Shown here one piece after another: positions 12,315 to 23,458 of a DNA stretch of 64,000 nt. The position numbers were made by a program, and so were the translations under genes. Location of the stretch: assembly GCA_951406725.2 (NCBI GenBank), contig OX597835.1, positions 47,368,001 through 47,432,000 on the forward strand, written 5' to 3'. This DNA comes from Octopus vulgaris (lineage: Eukaryota). How positions within the stretch are numbered: the stretch's first letter is position 1; every line of letters begins with the position of its first letter. The notes beneath the pieces are model-generated. The model was not told the DNA's origin, did no database searches, and worked only from the letters and a program-made list of their open reading frames with translations.

Positions 12315-12571
12315 GTAAGTTATTATTTATATATTTATTATATACAGGATGTCAAGATGGTGAACTGGCAGAATGGTTAGCATGCTGGATGAAATGCTTT
12401 GTGGCATTTCACCTGTCATAACATTCTGAGTTCAAATTCCGCTGAGGTCGACTTTGCAATTCATCCTTTTGTGAGGTTGATAAATCAAGTACCAGTTGAG
12501 TACTGGGTCGATGCGATCGACTGCCCCCCTCCCCACAAAATCCAGGCCTTGTGCCTATAGTAGAAAGGATA

Positions 12572-14030
12572 TATACAGGGTACCCTCCAGAAAATGTACA
12601 GACACACATGGAATGATTATAAAGTCCGGGTTTATTGAAATGCCTTTCATTTTTAAACTTGAACAGAATCTACTGACAAGATTCAATGTGGTTATGAAAG
12701 CCTGTTTCCAAACTGATGACTGTTTTGGTCTGGGCTGATAATGTGAAACGAAGAAACCACAAATATCAAGAAGCATTTCATTTGGCATTTCTGTGCATTC
12801 CAACTCTGTGGTTGCACTCAATTCTTCAACTGTTACTGGTTTTGTACTGTAAACTTTATCTTTTAAGTATCCTCATAAAAGAAGGCAAGTGGTATGAGAT
12901 CCAGTGAATGTGAAGAGGGTGTTCTTACTGAATCTCTTCACCCAATCCACCTGTTTGGCAAAATCTCATCAAGTTAGACCCTTACCTTATTATGGTTGTG
13001 TAGAGGTGCCACACTATACTGGAAATCAAACTCCAGATCTTCAAAGTCCTCTTGAATGCATGGCATAACAAGATGGTTACTACAAGTTCAAGTAAATGGT
13101 GCCAGTCACAATACTGTTAAAGAAGAAGGTCCAATTAATCCTTTCGATTTACAGTTACCATACTGTAATTGTAAATTAACATGAAGTGCCTCCCTAACCC
13201 TTTAGCATTTAAACTGGTCGTATCTGGCTCATAAAGTCTATCAGTTTTATGTTGAAACTGGCCAGATCCAGCCTCTCAGACCTACCCTACAATATTGTTC
13301 TAAAAATAAACAATCACATCATGGAAATCTCAAGGCTATGTGATAATCCAGGATTAGTTTTTAAAAAATGTGAATAGATAAGCATCGCATTTGATAAATT
13401 AATCTGAGTGTTAAAGGGTTTATATGCCTGCTCTCTGGTGCCCTGTAGGTGCAATTGTGGTGGTTAATTGATCCATTTAATTAAAATGTAGCCTCATTAC
13501 TCCAAACAATCTTTGTTAGAAAGTGTGTATCTTCTGCACATTTTGCCAAATACCATTTGCAAAACTCCCTTTTTTGGTCAGGATCATCTTCAATGAGAGC
13601 ATCGACTATTCTTGGAATGTAACATTTCCTATGACAGCATTTCAAAATTCAATGAACGCTTGATTTTGAAATTCCTGTCTCATGGGCCACTTGTCACATA
13701 GATTTTCTTGAACTCTGACAAGATCTTCCTTGTATTCTTCCTTGCTTCATGGGGCTTGTTGGTGTCTGCAGTCTCCTGGAATGTTTCTTATGGACATTCT
13801 GAACAGTTCCATTGGCTTCAGACATATCTTGAAGTGGGGTCCTGATAAGTCACATAAGCAGAACTCTGTTTCAAACTCCCTCTTTACACTTTGACCATAT
13901 TTTCAAACTTCCAGTAGCACTTCAGGACAAATTTTCTTTGTGAAAAGCTCAGCCTAACTCCCTTCATTATATGTGTGTGTGTATGGACACATGTACATAT
14001 ACACTTGTGAACATACGGACCCACCCATAG
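12572..14030 (-). mobile_element. Degenerate Tc1/mariner-superfamily transposase in intron 7
   Basis: Minus strand LSFSQRKFVLKCYWKFEN; FQYSVAPLH (cf. FQQDGAPPH); SLDLIPLAFF..GYLKDKVY (cf. SPDLTPLDFFLWGYLK); TACAGGGT terminus at about 12574. Confidence 0.8.
13194..13422. mobile_element. piggyBac-like MITE nested in the Tc1 remnant
   Basis: TIR AACCCTTTAGCATT / AGTGTTAAAGGGTT; shares TTTTATGTTGAAACTGGCCAGATCCAGCCTCTCA with the reverse complement of 8050-8095. Confidence 0.75.
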
Positions 14031-14205
14031 TTTTAACCCCTTATCTCCTAGCATAAAGCTCCCTCCTTGGGATCTGTTGTTTTGCAAGGTGCACAATAAG
14101 CTCATTAGTACTGCTGGCACTAATGCAACCCCTACACCCACACACATACACTTACCTACTCAAAGGCCACTCAACCTATTTGTGGTTTTCTTTTTTCCCT
14201 TGCAG

Positions 14206-14331
14206 ATGTTAACAACGCCGAGTTTATCTGTTCTCGAGCCAGTGAAGCTTTGAAAAAGATTTCTGTTGGTGCCTACTTTGATATAAATGAAACTGCTGTT
14301 GCAGTGGTAAACCCTGGCCGAAATGGCGTCA
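14206..14331 (+). CDS. TRMT2B: TRMT2B-like exon 8 (motif IV)
   Basis: ttgcag|...|gtaagt; 126 nt, NVNNAEFICSRASEAL...AVAVVNPGRNGV; NPxR as in TRMT2B (NPAR) rather than DPPR of TRMT2A/TrmA. Confidence 0.93.
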
Positions 14332-15209
14332 GTAAGTATGTGTTTTAGGAGTTCACATGATGGTGTCCATGTGCACTCTACTGCTTATTGGAATTGGTGG
14401 GATGGAACCAGTGTTGTTGGTGTTGATGTTGTTTAGTCAACCTGAGATTGGTTCTGCTACAAAAGAATTCTCTTATTTTGGGTTTCGGTAAGTGCTGGTA
14501 TGGTCGTGTTGTTAAAGAGCTTGCTTCCTGACCATCCCTGTCTTGGGTTCGGTTCCACTCCTTGCCACCTTAAGAAACTGTCTTCTGGCTAATGAATGCT
14601 ATGTGAGTGGATTTGGTAGGTGGAAGAAGCACTGGTGTTGGTGCCAAAACAATGGTGATGGTACCATGTAGAAGGCATTGGGGATGGTGTCACGTAAAAG
14701 CACTGATAATGGTAGAAAGTAAGCCAACACAGACTAACGAACCTGGTGCAGCTCTCCATCCTTGCCAGCTCCTGTCAAACCATTCAACCCATTGCCAGCA
14801 TGGATAACAGATGTTAAATGATAATGATGTGGATGATGATGAAACTGAAAGAAGCCTGTTGTGTATATTTATGTATATGTGTGTATATATGTGTATGTAT
14901 GTGTGTGTATACTCTTGTCTTAATATCATGTAATGGTTGTAAACAAGATTCATTGTCATACAAGGGGTGTTGTTTATTTCCAGTCTTCTATGGGAAACAT
15001 GTTGGGCCATGGGGAGATATTTCCTTGCTTGGAAAGAGGTAAGGGTTTGCAACAGGAGAGGCACCCAACTGTAGCAAATCTGCCTCAACAAATTCCTTCT
15101 GATCCATTCAAGCATGGAAAAGTGGACATCGTTGATTTAAGTATTTTTGTATACACACACACACACGTATTGTGTGTAGAGACGACTATCACTTCTCCAC
15201 TTCTGACAG

Positions 15210-15362
15210 TTGTGGTAAGAACCACATGGTTCCGGGCTCAGTCCCACTGCGTGGTACCTTGGGCAAATGTTTTCTACTATAGTCTTGGGCCAACCAAAAC
15301 CTTGTGAGTGGATCTGGTAGACGGAAACTGAAAGAAGCCCGTCGTATATATACATATATATA

Positions 15363-15421
<59 letters not shown>

Positions 15422-15615
15422 TTGTCCCCCAATCATTGCTTGACACCGATGTTGGTGTGTTTACCTCCTCGTAACTTAGCGGTTCGGCAAAAGAGATCGA
15501 TAGAATAAGTATTAGCCTTACAAAGCATAAGTCTTGGGGTTGATTTGTTCGACTAAAGGCGCTGCTCCAGCATGGCCGCAGTCAGTTGACTGAAGCAAGT
15601 AAAAGTATATAAAGA
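15210..15615 (+). mobile_element. SINE family A
   Basis: Homologous to 1343-1741 and 18734-19137. Confidence 0.9.
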
Positions 15616-15796
15616 AAAAGTTTGAAACAAGGTACGTAACTCTTTCGCATTGCAAGAGTTATCTTACCTTGTTGAAATTCTGCGCTTACACAAAACATCT
15701 CGCGCACACTCTTTTATACACACACACACACATACGCACACACTCTGTAATACTCTCACCTCCACAGTCTTTAACCTCCCCCTCTCTCTTTTACAG

Positions 15797-15896
15797 ACCA
15801 GTCTGTGATCCGTTCCATCCGTCGTTGCCAACAGATCCATCGATTGATTTATGTAACTTGTCGACCTGTCGGGAACACCATCAAGAATTTTATGGA
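15797..15896 (+). CDS. TRMT2B: TRMT2B-like exon 9 (catalytic Cys motif VI)
   Basis: ttacag|...|gtgagt; 100 nt (2+96+2), NQSVIRSIRRCQQIHRLIYVTCRPVGNTIKNFM(D). Confidence 0.93.
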
Positions 15897-15924
15897 GTGA
15901 GTATTGTCATTAACACTAATGAAC

Positions 15925-16440
15925 CCTTCCTTCCTTCCTTCCTTCCTTCCTCCCTGCCTCCCTCCCTTCCTTCCTTCATCCCCTCCCTCCCTCCTTCCTT
16001 CCTTCCTTCCTTCTTTCTTTCCCTCCCTCCCTCCCTCCTTCCTTCCTTCCTTCCTTCCTTCCCTCCTTCCTCCCTTCCTCCCCCCCCCTTCCTTCCTTCC
16101 TTCCTTCCTTCCTTCCTTCCCTCCTTCCTCCCTTCCTCCCCCCGCCTTCCTTCCTTCCTTCCCTCCTTCCTCCCTCCCTTCCTTCCTTCCTTCTTTCCTG
16201 CCTTCCTTCCCCCCCTCCCCTCCCCTTCCTTCATTCCTTCCCACCCTCCCGTCCTCCCCTCCCCTTCCTTCCTTCCTCCCCCTCCCTTCCTTCATCCCCC
16301 CTCCCTACTTCCTCCCTTCCTTCCCCCCTTCCTTCCTTCCTCCCCTCCTTCCCCCCCCCCTCCCTTCCTGCCTTCCTTCCCTCCCCCTCCCCCTCCCTCC
16401 CTTCCTTCCTTCCTTCCTTCCCACCCTTCCTCCCTCTCTA
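15925..16440. repeat. Polypyrimidine (CCTT/CCCT) tract; similar tracts at 5712-6015 (CCT), 17180-17592 (CCTA), 32440-32750 (CTTT)
   Basis: Direct reading. Confidence 0.95.
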
Positions 16441-17633
16441 GTTACGGGACATAGACGGGTGCGATGTTGGTAAGTATTTTGCCTGGTTTGCTAACAATTC
16501 TGCCAGTTTTTGCCGCCTTCAGACAACTGCAAAGATTTTTAACCAGCCAAGAGACAGATTTGAAGCAGACCAGGAGAAGAGAGTGCATATCATTGAAGAG
16601 GTTGTGAATGGTGATGCTTGGACAAACAACTGACTGATTGATTAACCAACTGATTAAGCAAGCAATCAATTAACCAACCATCTGACTAATAACAAAGAAG
16701 TGAAACTGAACCAGTGTATGTGTATAATGACCCTCCCCAAATACGACAAACTTATTATTCTTATTCAAACTATTAAACCAATGCCTCCCATTAAGTGGCA
16801 CCAATTATTATCTAACCCCCTCCCCCCACTGGTCAAGTCCCAGCTCTCTCAGAAGAATTAAAGGCAAAGCTGAGATGAGTTCAGGATTTGAACTTGGAAC
16901 ACAGGAATATTGGACTGATTCCTTAGTTAACAGCTTTGAGAAGGCTGAAAGATAAAAGTCAATCATGGCAACAAGATTTGAACTCAGTAGAAAGAGGTGT
17001 CTCTAAACACCATGGTTTTTTTTTTTTTTTTCCTGACATTTTACTGATTCTGCTACGCAGGAAAGAAGTTGATAAAATATTTATGCAGGAAGTTTTAGTG
17101 TGAAGTCTCGTGAAAAAACCACATCTAACTACCAGAAAATTTGTGACCTTGTGCTTATGTCATAAATCAATACTTCCTTCCCACTCCACCTACTTATCTC
17201 CCTCCATCTCTCCTTCCTCCCTACACACCTTCCTACATACCTATCTACTTACCACTCTGCATCACCACATCTCTCCCTACCTACCTGCCTGCCTACCTAC
17301 CTACCTACCTACCTACCTACCTACCTACCTACCTGCCTGCCTGCCTACCTACCTACCTACCTACCTGCCTACCTACCTACCTACCTGCCTACCTACCTAC
17401 CTCCTGCATCACCACATCTCTCCCTACCTACCTACCTACCTACCTACCTACCCACCCACCTGCCTACCTACCATCCTACCTACCTACCTACTTACCCACC
17501 TGCCTACCTACCTACCTACCTACCTACCTACCTACCTACCTACATACCTACCTACCTACTTACATACCTACCTACCTACTTACTTACCTACCTGTGTATA
17601 GTTATTTATTTGAAATATGTTCATTGTTTGCAG

Positions 17634-17754
17634 TTTGTGCTGTCCTCCCAATGAAAAACTTCCTGGGGAGCCATTCTCTCCCACTCGTGCTGTGCCTGTA
17701 GATATGTTTCCTCACACTGTCCATTGTGAATTAGTTGTGGTCTTTGAAAGGTGA
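17634..17754 (+). CDS. TRMT2B: TRMT2B-like last coding exon
   Basis: ttgcag|T-LCCPPNEKLPGEPFSPTRAVPVDMFPHTVHCELVVVFER-TGA; DxFPHTxHCE motif; LCCPP...GEPF and the immediate stop resemble TRMT2B. Confidence 0.96.
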
Positions 17755-17908
17755 AGGAAACCCTACCAAGATGAAGAAGATATATGAACGCCTGATGTCA
17801 AGGTGAAAGTATACAAGCAATCTGGAGCTGTTTTTGAAGTCAGTTAAAAGTGGATCATTTTCTAAAGTTAAACTAAGCCAAACCTGTTAAAGAGAAAATG
17901 AAACTGTG

Positions 17909-18207
17909 ATACTTGTCAAAGTGAAACTTTGTCATTTGTCAAAGTGAAACCATCATTTGTCATTTCATTTGAAAATGAAATTGTCAAAAAAAAAGTATGT
18001 CACTTGTCAAAGTGAAAGTTGATCATTTGTTCAAGTAAAACTGAATCAAGTGTCAAAATGATCTCAGGTCACTCGTCAAATTGAAACTATAATTTGTTGA
18101 AAGTGATTCTGTGTTACTTGTCAATATGAAACTAAAACTATGTCACTTGACAAAGTGAGATCCTGTCACTTGTCAAAGTGAGGAAATTCTGTCACTTGTC
18201 TATGTGA
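17909..18207 (+). repeat. Degenerate ~23-bp tandem array with palindromic core TCACTT-GTCA-AAGTGA in the 3'UTR
   Basis: Cores at about 17909, 17932, 17953, 18000, 18023, 18046, 18069, 18090, 18114, 18143, 18166, 18192; perfect at 18000 and 18166. Confidence 0.85.
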
Positions 18208-18329
18208 AACTGAACTCCTTGGCCGTTGTATGCTTCTCAAATGTTCTATATCAGTGAATATGTTGACATGTCTCTCATAAGCATTTCCTAACTCAGTTGA
18301 CGTTTGTTTGACATTCACTGAAGTTTTCA

Positions 18330-18359
18330 AATAAACTTTGCACTAATATCACAAATAAA
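18330..18359 (+). terminator. Putative polyadenylation signals of the TRMT2B-like gene
   Basis: AATAAA at 18330-18335 and 18354-18359 followed by T-rich sequence, ~580 nt after the stop. Confidence 0.55.
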
Positions 18360-18733
18360 CGTTTCTCAACTGCTTTTTTTTTTTTTGCTATATATTAATC
18401 CTTTAAATCTAAAACATGTTTCTATAACAATCTCTTTAATCATTATCCTACATTAGTAGTTGTTGCTGTTGGTAGTGGTTTTGTTGTTGTTTAGCCACTG
18501 GTGAAACCTGGTCACCCAGAACTGTTGGTCAGAGATGATCCAGCCATGACCATCTTGTCATGAGGCACAGAGTGTCTTGAACCAAATAATCTATTCTGAA
18601 GGTTACAGGGCGCTCAACGACACATCCTTGAGTTTTAAATGTGTTGTTGTTTAGCCCTGGGTCAATCCTATGGAACAACTGTATGATCATAGCTGTTGCA
18701 GCTGCCACATTCGACTCTTTTATTCATTAGCTT

Positions 18734-18891
18734 AGGAGTGGCTGTCTGGTAAGTAGCTTGCCTACGAACCACAGGGTTCCGGGTTCAGTCCCACTGCGTG
18801 GCACCTTGGGCAAGTGTCTTCTACTATAGCCTCGGGCCGACCAAAGCCCTGTGAGTGGATTTGGTAGACGGAAACTGAAAGAAGCCCGTCG

Positions 18892-18924
<33 letters not shown>

Positions 18925-19137
18925 TTTTGTGTCTGTGTTTGTCCCCCCAACTTCGCTTCACAACCAATGCCGCTGTGTTTATGTCCCCGTAACTTAGCGG
19001 TTTGGCAAAAGAGAGCGATAGAATAAGTATTAGGCTGCCAAAGAGTAAGTCCTGGGGTCGATTTGCTCGACTAAAGGCGGTGCCCCAGCATGGCCACAGT
19101 CAAATGACCGAAACAAGTAAAAGAAATAAAAGAGAAA
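18734..19137 (+). mobile_element. SINE family A, full length
   Basis: Head, internal microsatellite, body and tail all present. Confidence 0.92.
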
Positions 19138-19898
19138 TATACAAAGACTGATCAAAAAGTACCGGGTCTGTTGCTATGGTAACGGCGTTAAAGTACACAG
19201 ATTGACCTTGAACGCTGTCACACGTGCAAACCGAGTTACAACATTATAATGTTCTCAATCGCTTCTGTGGTGTATAACAGTGCTTGGGTGTAAAGCGGGT
19301 AGAGTGTGGCCATCTCACCACACCACAGAGGTTCCATCAGTGACCACGGCAGATAAAATGTGTGTGGAAAGAGACATAGCTTGAAGGTTTATTATAGCCA
19401 AGAATCTTTGCAAAAATCAAATCCCAGCTATGTTGGAACAAGTTGTATGGTGGATGAGATACAAAATCTGGAGACAGACCCTTTCCTCTCTGAGTGGCGA
19501 GGAAGTGCAGTAGAGAGAGAGAGAGAGATGTACTGCGTTGCAGAGCAGTAAATTTTCTGAAATGAGGGAATTCGAGAAAAGAACGAAGCGAATTTTGGTG
19601 CAAGGCCTGCGATTTCAGGGGCGGGTGTTAGTCGCTTAGATCGCCCCCAGTGCTTAGCTGGTGTTTATTTTATCGATCCTGGAAAGATGGAAGGTAAAGT
19701 CGACCTGGGCAGAATTTGGACTCAGAACACAAAGACAGACGAAGTTCCGCTAAGCATTTTGTTCGGCTAAATTTCCCCTATTTTCACTTAGAAATACTAT
19801 AATCTTGCAAGTGGTTTAGAAAGTAAGGGAAGCTACTGCTTATCAAGGGAAATAATTAAAGCACGGGAGGCTACTCTGTGAGTGAAGTTTTAGTCTAA

Positions 19899-20296
19899 CA
19901 TTCTTTTCTACTCTAGGCACAAAGCACGAAATTTTGGAGGGAGGGAGCCAGTCGATAAGATCGACTCCAGTACACATCTGGTACTTAATTTATAGGCCTC
20001 GAAAGGATGAAAGTCAACCTTGACGGAATTTGAACTCAGAACGTAAAGACAGACGAAATACCTATTTCTTTACTACCCAAAGAGGGGCTAAACACAGAGA
20101 GGACAAACAACGACAGACAAACGGATTAAGTCGATTACATCGACTCCAGTGCGTAACTGGTACTTAATTTATCAACCCCGAAAGGATGAAAGACAAAGTT
20201 GACCTCGGCGGAATTTGAACTTAGAACGTAGCGGCAGACGAAATACGGCTACGCATTTCGCCCGGCGTGCTAACGTTTCTGCCACCTCGCTACCTT
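19899..20296 (-). mobile_element. SINE family B dimer
   Basis: Full monomer plus 5'-truncated monomer; TTAGTCTAA at 19890-19898 and 20295-20303 is the likely TSD. Confidence 0.85.
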
Positions 20297-20336
20297 AGTC
20301 TAATAGTAAACACAACCCCTCAATGTAATGGTTGCT

Positions 20337-20442
<106 letters not shown>

Positions 20443-20844
20443 CACTTTTTGATTAGCTTCAGCTTAGTTAAAAATGCATGTGTGGTAAGAAACTTGCTTC
20501 TCAACCACATGGTTCCAGGTTCAGTCCCACTACGTGGCATCTTGAACATCTGTCTTCTTCTATAACCCCGAGTCGACCAAAGCGATGTCAGCGTATTTGC
20601 CAGTTGGAAACTGAGAGAAGCCCGTCGTATGTATGTATGTATGTATGTATGTATGTATGTATGTATGTATGTATGTATGTATGTATGTATGTGTGTGCGT
20701 GTGCGCATGTATCTTTGTACTACTGTTTAACAACTGGCGATGGTTTGTTTATGTCCTCGTAGCCTAGCGGTTCAACAAAAGACACCGATAAAATAAGTAT
20801 CAGTCTTAAAAAAATAAGTACCAGGGTTAATTTGTTCGACATTC

Positions 20845-22215
20845 CCTTTCAGCCATAAAAGGGTCGATAAAATAAAGTACCAGTTAAATACTGGGGATAA
20901 TTCAATCGACTGAGACCCTCGCTGGAATCTCTTTCTTTGCTGGAAGTAAGGTTGGGAGAGGGCAGAATCGTTACGGCTCCGGATGAAATTAATGGTATTC
21001 TTCGGATTCTTTACGTTCTGAGTTCAAATGTCGTCGAAGTCGACTTTGCCTCTCCTCGTTTCGGGGCCATTAAAATAAGTACCAGTTGAGCATTGGTGTT
21101 GATGTAATCAGCAAGCCCCCACCCTAAACATTTCAGGACTTGTGCGTATATTAGAAAGAATTATGTGTTATAAAAATTAGCAGAAGGGTTAGCGTCGGAC
21201 AAAATGCCTTTCATAATTTCTTCCTTGAGTTGTCGCGCCGGATAAAATGCTTAACGACATTTCGTCCGTCTGAACGTTCTGAGTTCAAATTCAACCTGGG
21301 TCGACTTTGTCTTTCATTGTTTCGGGGGGGAGGGGTCGTTAAAATAAGAACCCGTCGAGCACCGGGGTTGATGTAATCGGTAAGCTCCGTCCCCTAAAGC
21401 TTTCAGGACGTGTTTTATGACGGAATCGTCAGTGTCGGACTAAATGCCAAGTTGGCACACCGGATAAAATGCTTAGCGGCATTTCGTCCGTCTTTAGGTC
21501 ATAAGATCAAATTCCGCCGAGGTCGACTTTGCCTGTCATCGTTCCGGGGTCATTAAAATAGGTACCAGTTGAGCAGTAGGGTTGATGTAAGCGATTAACC
21601 TAGTGGTTCTCAACTATGTGAGGGTCCACATAAGATTTTGGAGATCCACTCAACAGAATGGTTAATTGGGAATCCACAACAGTATTTTGAGGGCCCCAGA
21701 AAAATTTCACTTTCGATGAATGTTTTGATATTACAATAAACAATTGTTTTTTCTTTCTCTAACATTGAACGCAGTTCAACCTACACAAGTTAACGTTTGA
21801 GAAACAAAATAGGGATTTTTAGAAGTTTCTATAAAACTAGTTTTTAAACATCGAATGGCGATGGGGATCCACAAGAATAAAAGAGTAATCAAAGGGGCTC
21901 AAAGATAAAAATGGCTGGGAACCCCTGGACTAGCCCCTTCCCTCAAAATTTCAGACCTAGGCTTTATGCTCTGAGTTCAAATCCCGCCGAAGTCAGCCTT
22001 ACCTTTCATCCTGCCCATGGTCGATAAAATAAAACATCAAGCAAATATATAATCGATATTTCTGACCTTGTGACTACGTTTAAAACCGATTGTTGTGTGT
22101 CAGACGAAAATGCTTAGCAGCATTTCTCCACAACTCATTACGTTCTAAGTTCAAATCTCACTGAGGGCAAATTTACCTCCAATCCTTTCACGGGTGGGAG
22201 TCGATAAAACAATTT
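20845..22215 (+). mobile_element. Cluster of roughly seven co-oriented degenerate SINE-B fragments
   Basis: Repeated GTTCTGAGTTCAAAT...GTCGACTTTGCC...AAAATAAGTACCAG blocks. Confidence 0.85.
21600..21928. mobile_element. Degenerate hAT-like MITE
   Basis: Termini TAGTGGTTCTCAAC / GCTGGGAACCCCTG, resembling Charlie-type TIRs. Confidence 0.55.
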
Positions 22216-22314
22216 CCAGTTTTCCAGCTAAAATTACTGGCTATGAAATTCCAAAATTTGGAAACATGACATGCGTCAGAGACACTGAGGAGGTGTTTAG
22301 CTAGAGCCAGGGCT

Positions 22315-22387
22315 AGCAGAAGCAGACGTAAGGAAGCAGAAGCAGACGTAAGGAAGCAGAAGCAGACGTAAGGAAGCAGAAACAGAC
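22315..22387. repeat. 20-bp tandem repeat AGCAGAAGCAGACGTAAGGA, about 3.5 copies
   Basis: Direct reading. Confidence 0.9.
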
Positions 22388-22427
22388 ATGTCTCCATCGG
22401 TTGGCACCGCCGTCTTCATTGTCTTCT

Positions 22428-22665
22428 GTTTTTTATCTCGTATTGTTTCACTCATTTGACTGTCGCCATGCTGGAGCACCGCCTTCAAGGGTTCTGGCCG
22501 AACAAATCGACTCAAGGACTTACTTTATATTTCCTTTAAAACTTAGTACTTATTCTATCGTTCTCTTTTGCCGAACCGCTAAATTGCAGGGATGTAAACA
22601 CACCAACACCGATTGTCCAGCGGTGATGGGGAGACAAACATAGGCAGAAAGGCACACACACACAC

Positions 22666-22757
<92 letters not shown>

Positions 22758-22915
22758 CGGGCTTCTTTCAGTTTCCGTCTACTAAGTCCACTCACAAGGG
22801 TTTGGTCGGACCGTAACTATAGTAGAAGACATTTGCCCAAGGTGCCACGCAGTGGGACTGAACCTGGAACCACGTGGCTGGGAAGCAAACTTCTTACCAC
22901 ACAGCCACGTCTGCA
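22428..22915 (-). mobile_element. SINE family A
   Basis: Full length with expanded (CA)n; further copies at about 20478-20845(+), 27364-27852(+), 33341-33750(-), 46020-46190(-), 46533-46757(-), 47435-47592(+), 48204-48348(-), 63715-64000(+). Confidence 0.9.
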
Positions 22916-23458
22916 TCTAAATTTATTTAATCATAACATAGTTCACAAGGAATTCGAGGCAATTGGCCCCTCTCACTTGCAGGGCCTTTTTTTAATAGAT
23001 TTTTTTGCAAGAAAAATACCATCGATTGGTTAAATGATGTAAATGACAACGTAGGCACTCGATCTGCTAGAAACAGCAACCAAAACTCTACTGTATCAAG
23101 CACTGTAGAATCTTAAATAAACGAAATATTTATTGATAGTGTAGTTTGGGTGTACAGTGTGAAAAATAATATTATATGGTCATGGATGGAATGTGCTTAA
23201 TCATAAATCTATTTAAACAGAAACGAATATAAGCACACAGTATTATGCAATGTCTGATGTGAGAATTGAACTAATGTTCCTTGAGATATCCATGTTCACG
23301 TACCTATCTACCACTTGTCTGTTCAATCCTCGGTGAATGTGTGTGTGTGTGTATGTGTGTGTGTGTGTTTGTGAGTATGTATATAATAGGTACGTATATA
23401 TATCTATATATAACACACACACAATTACACATACACACACACACACACACACAAACAA

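Noticed and set aside
17909-18207. 3'UTR hairpins as tRNA T-arm mimics for autoregulation
   Set aside because: The loop is 4 nt (GUCA), not the 7-nt UUCRAAU loop recognised by TrmA/TRMT2 enzymes.
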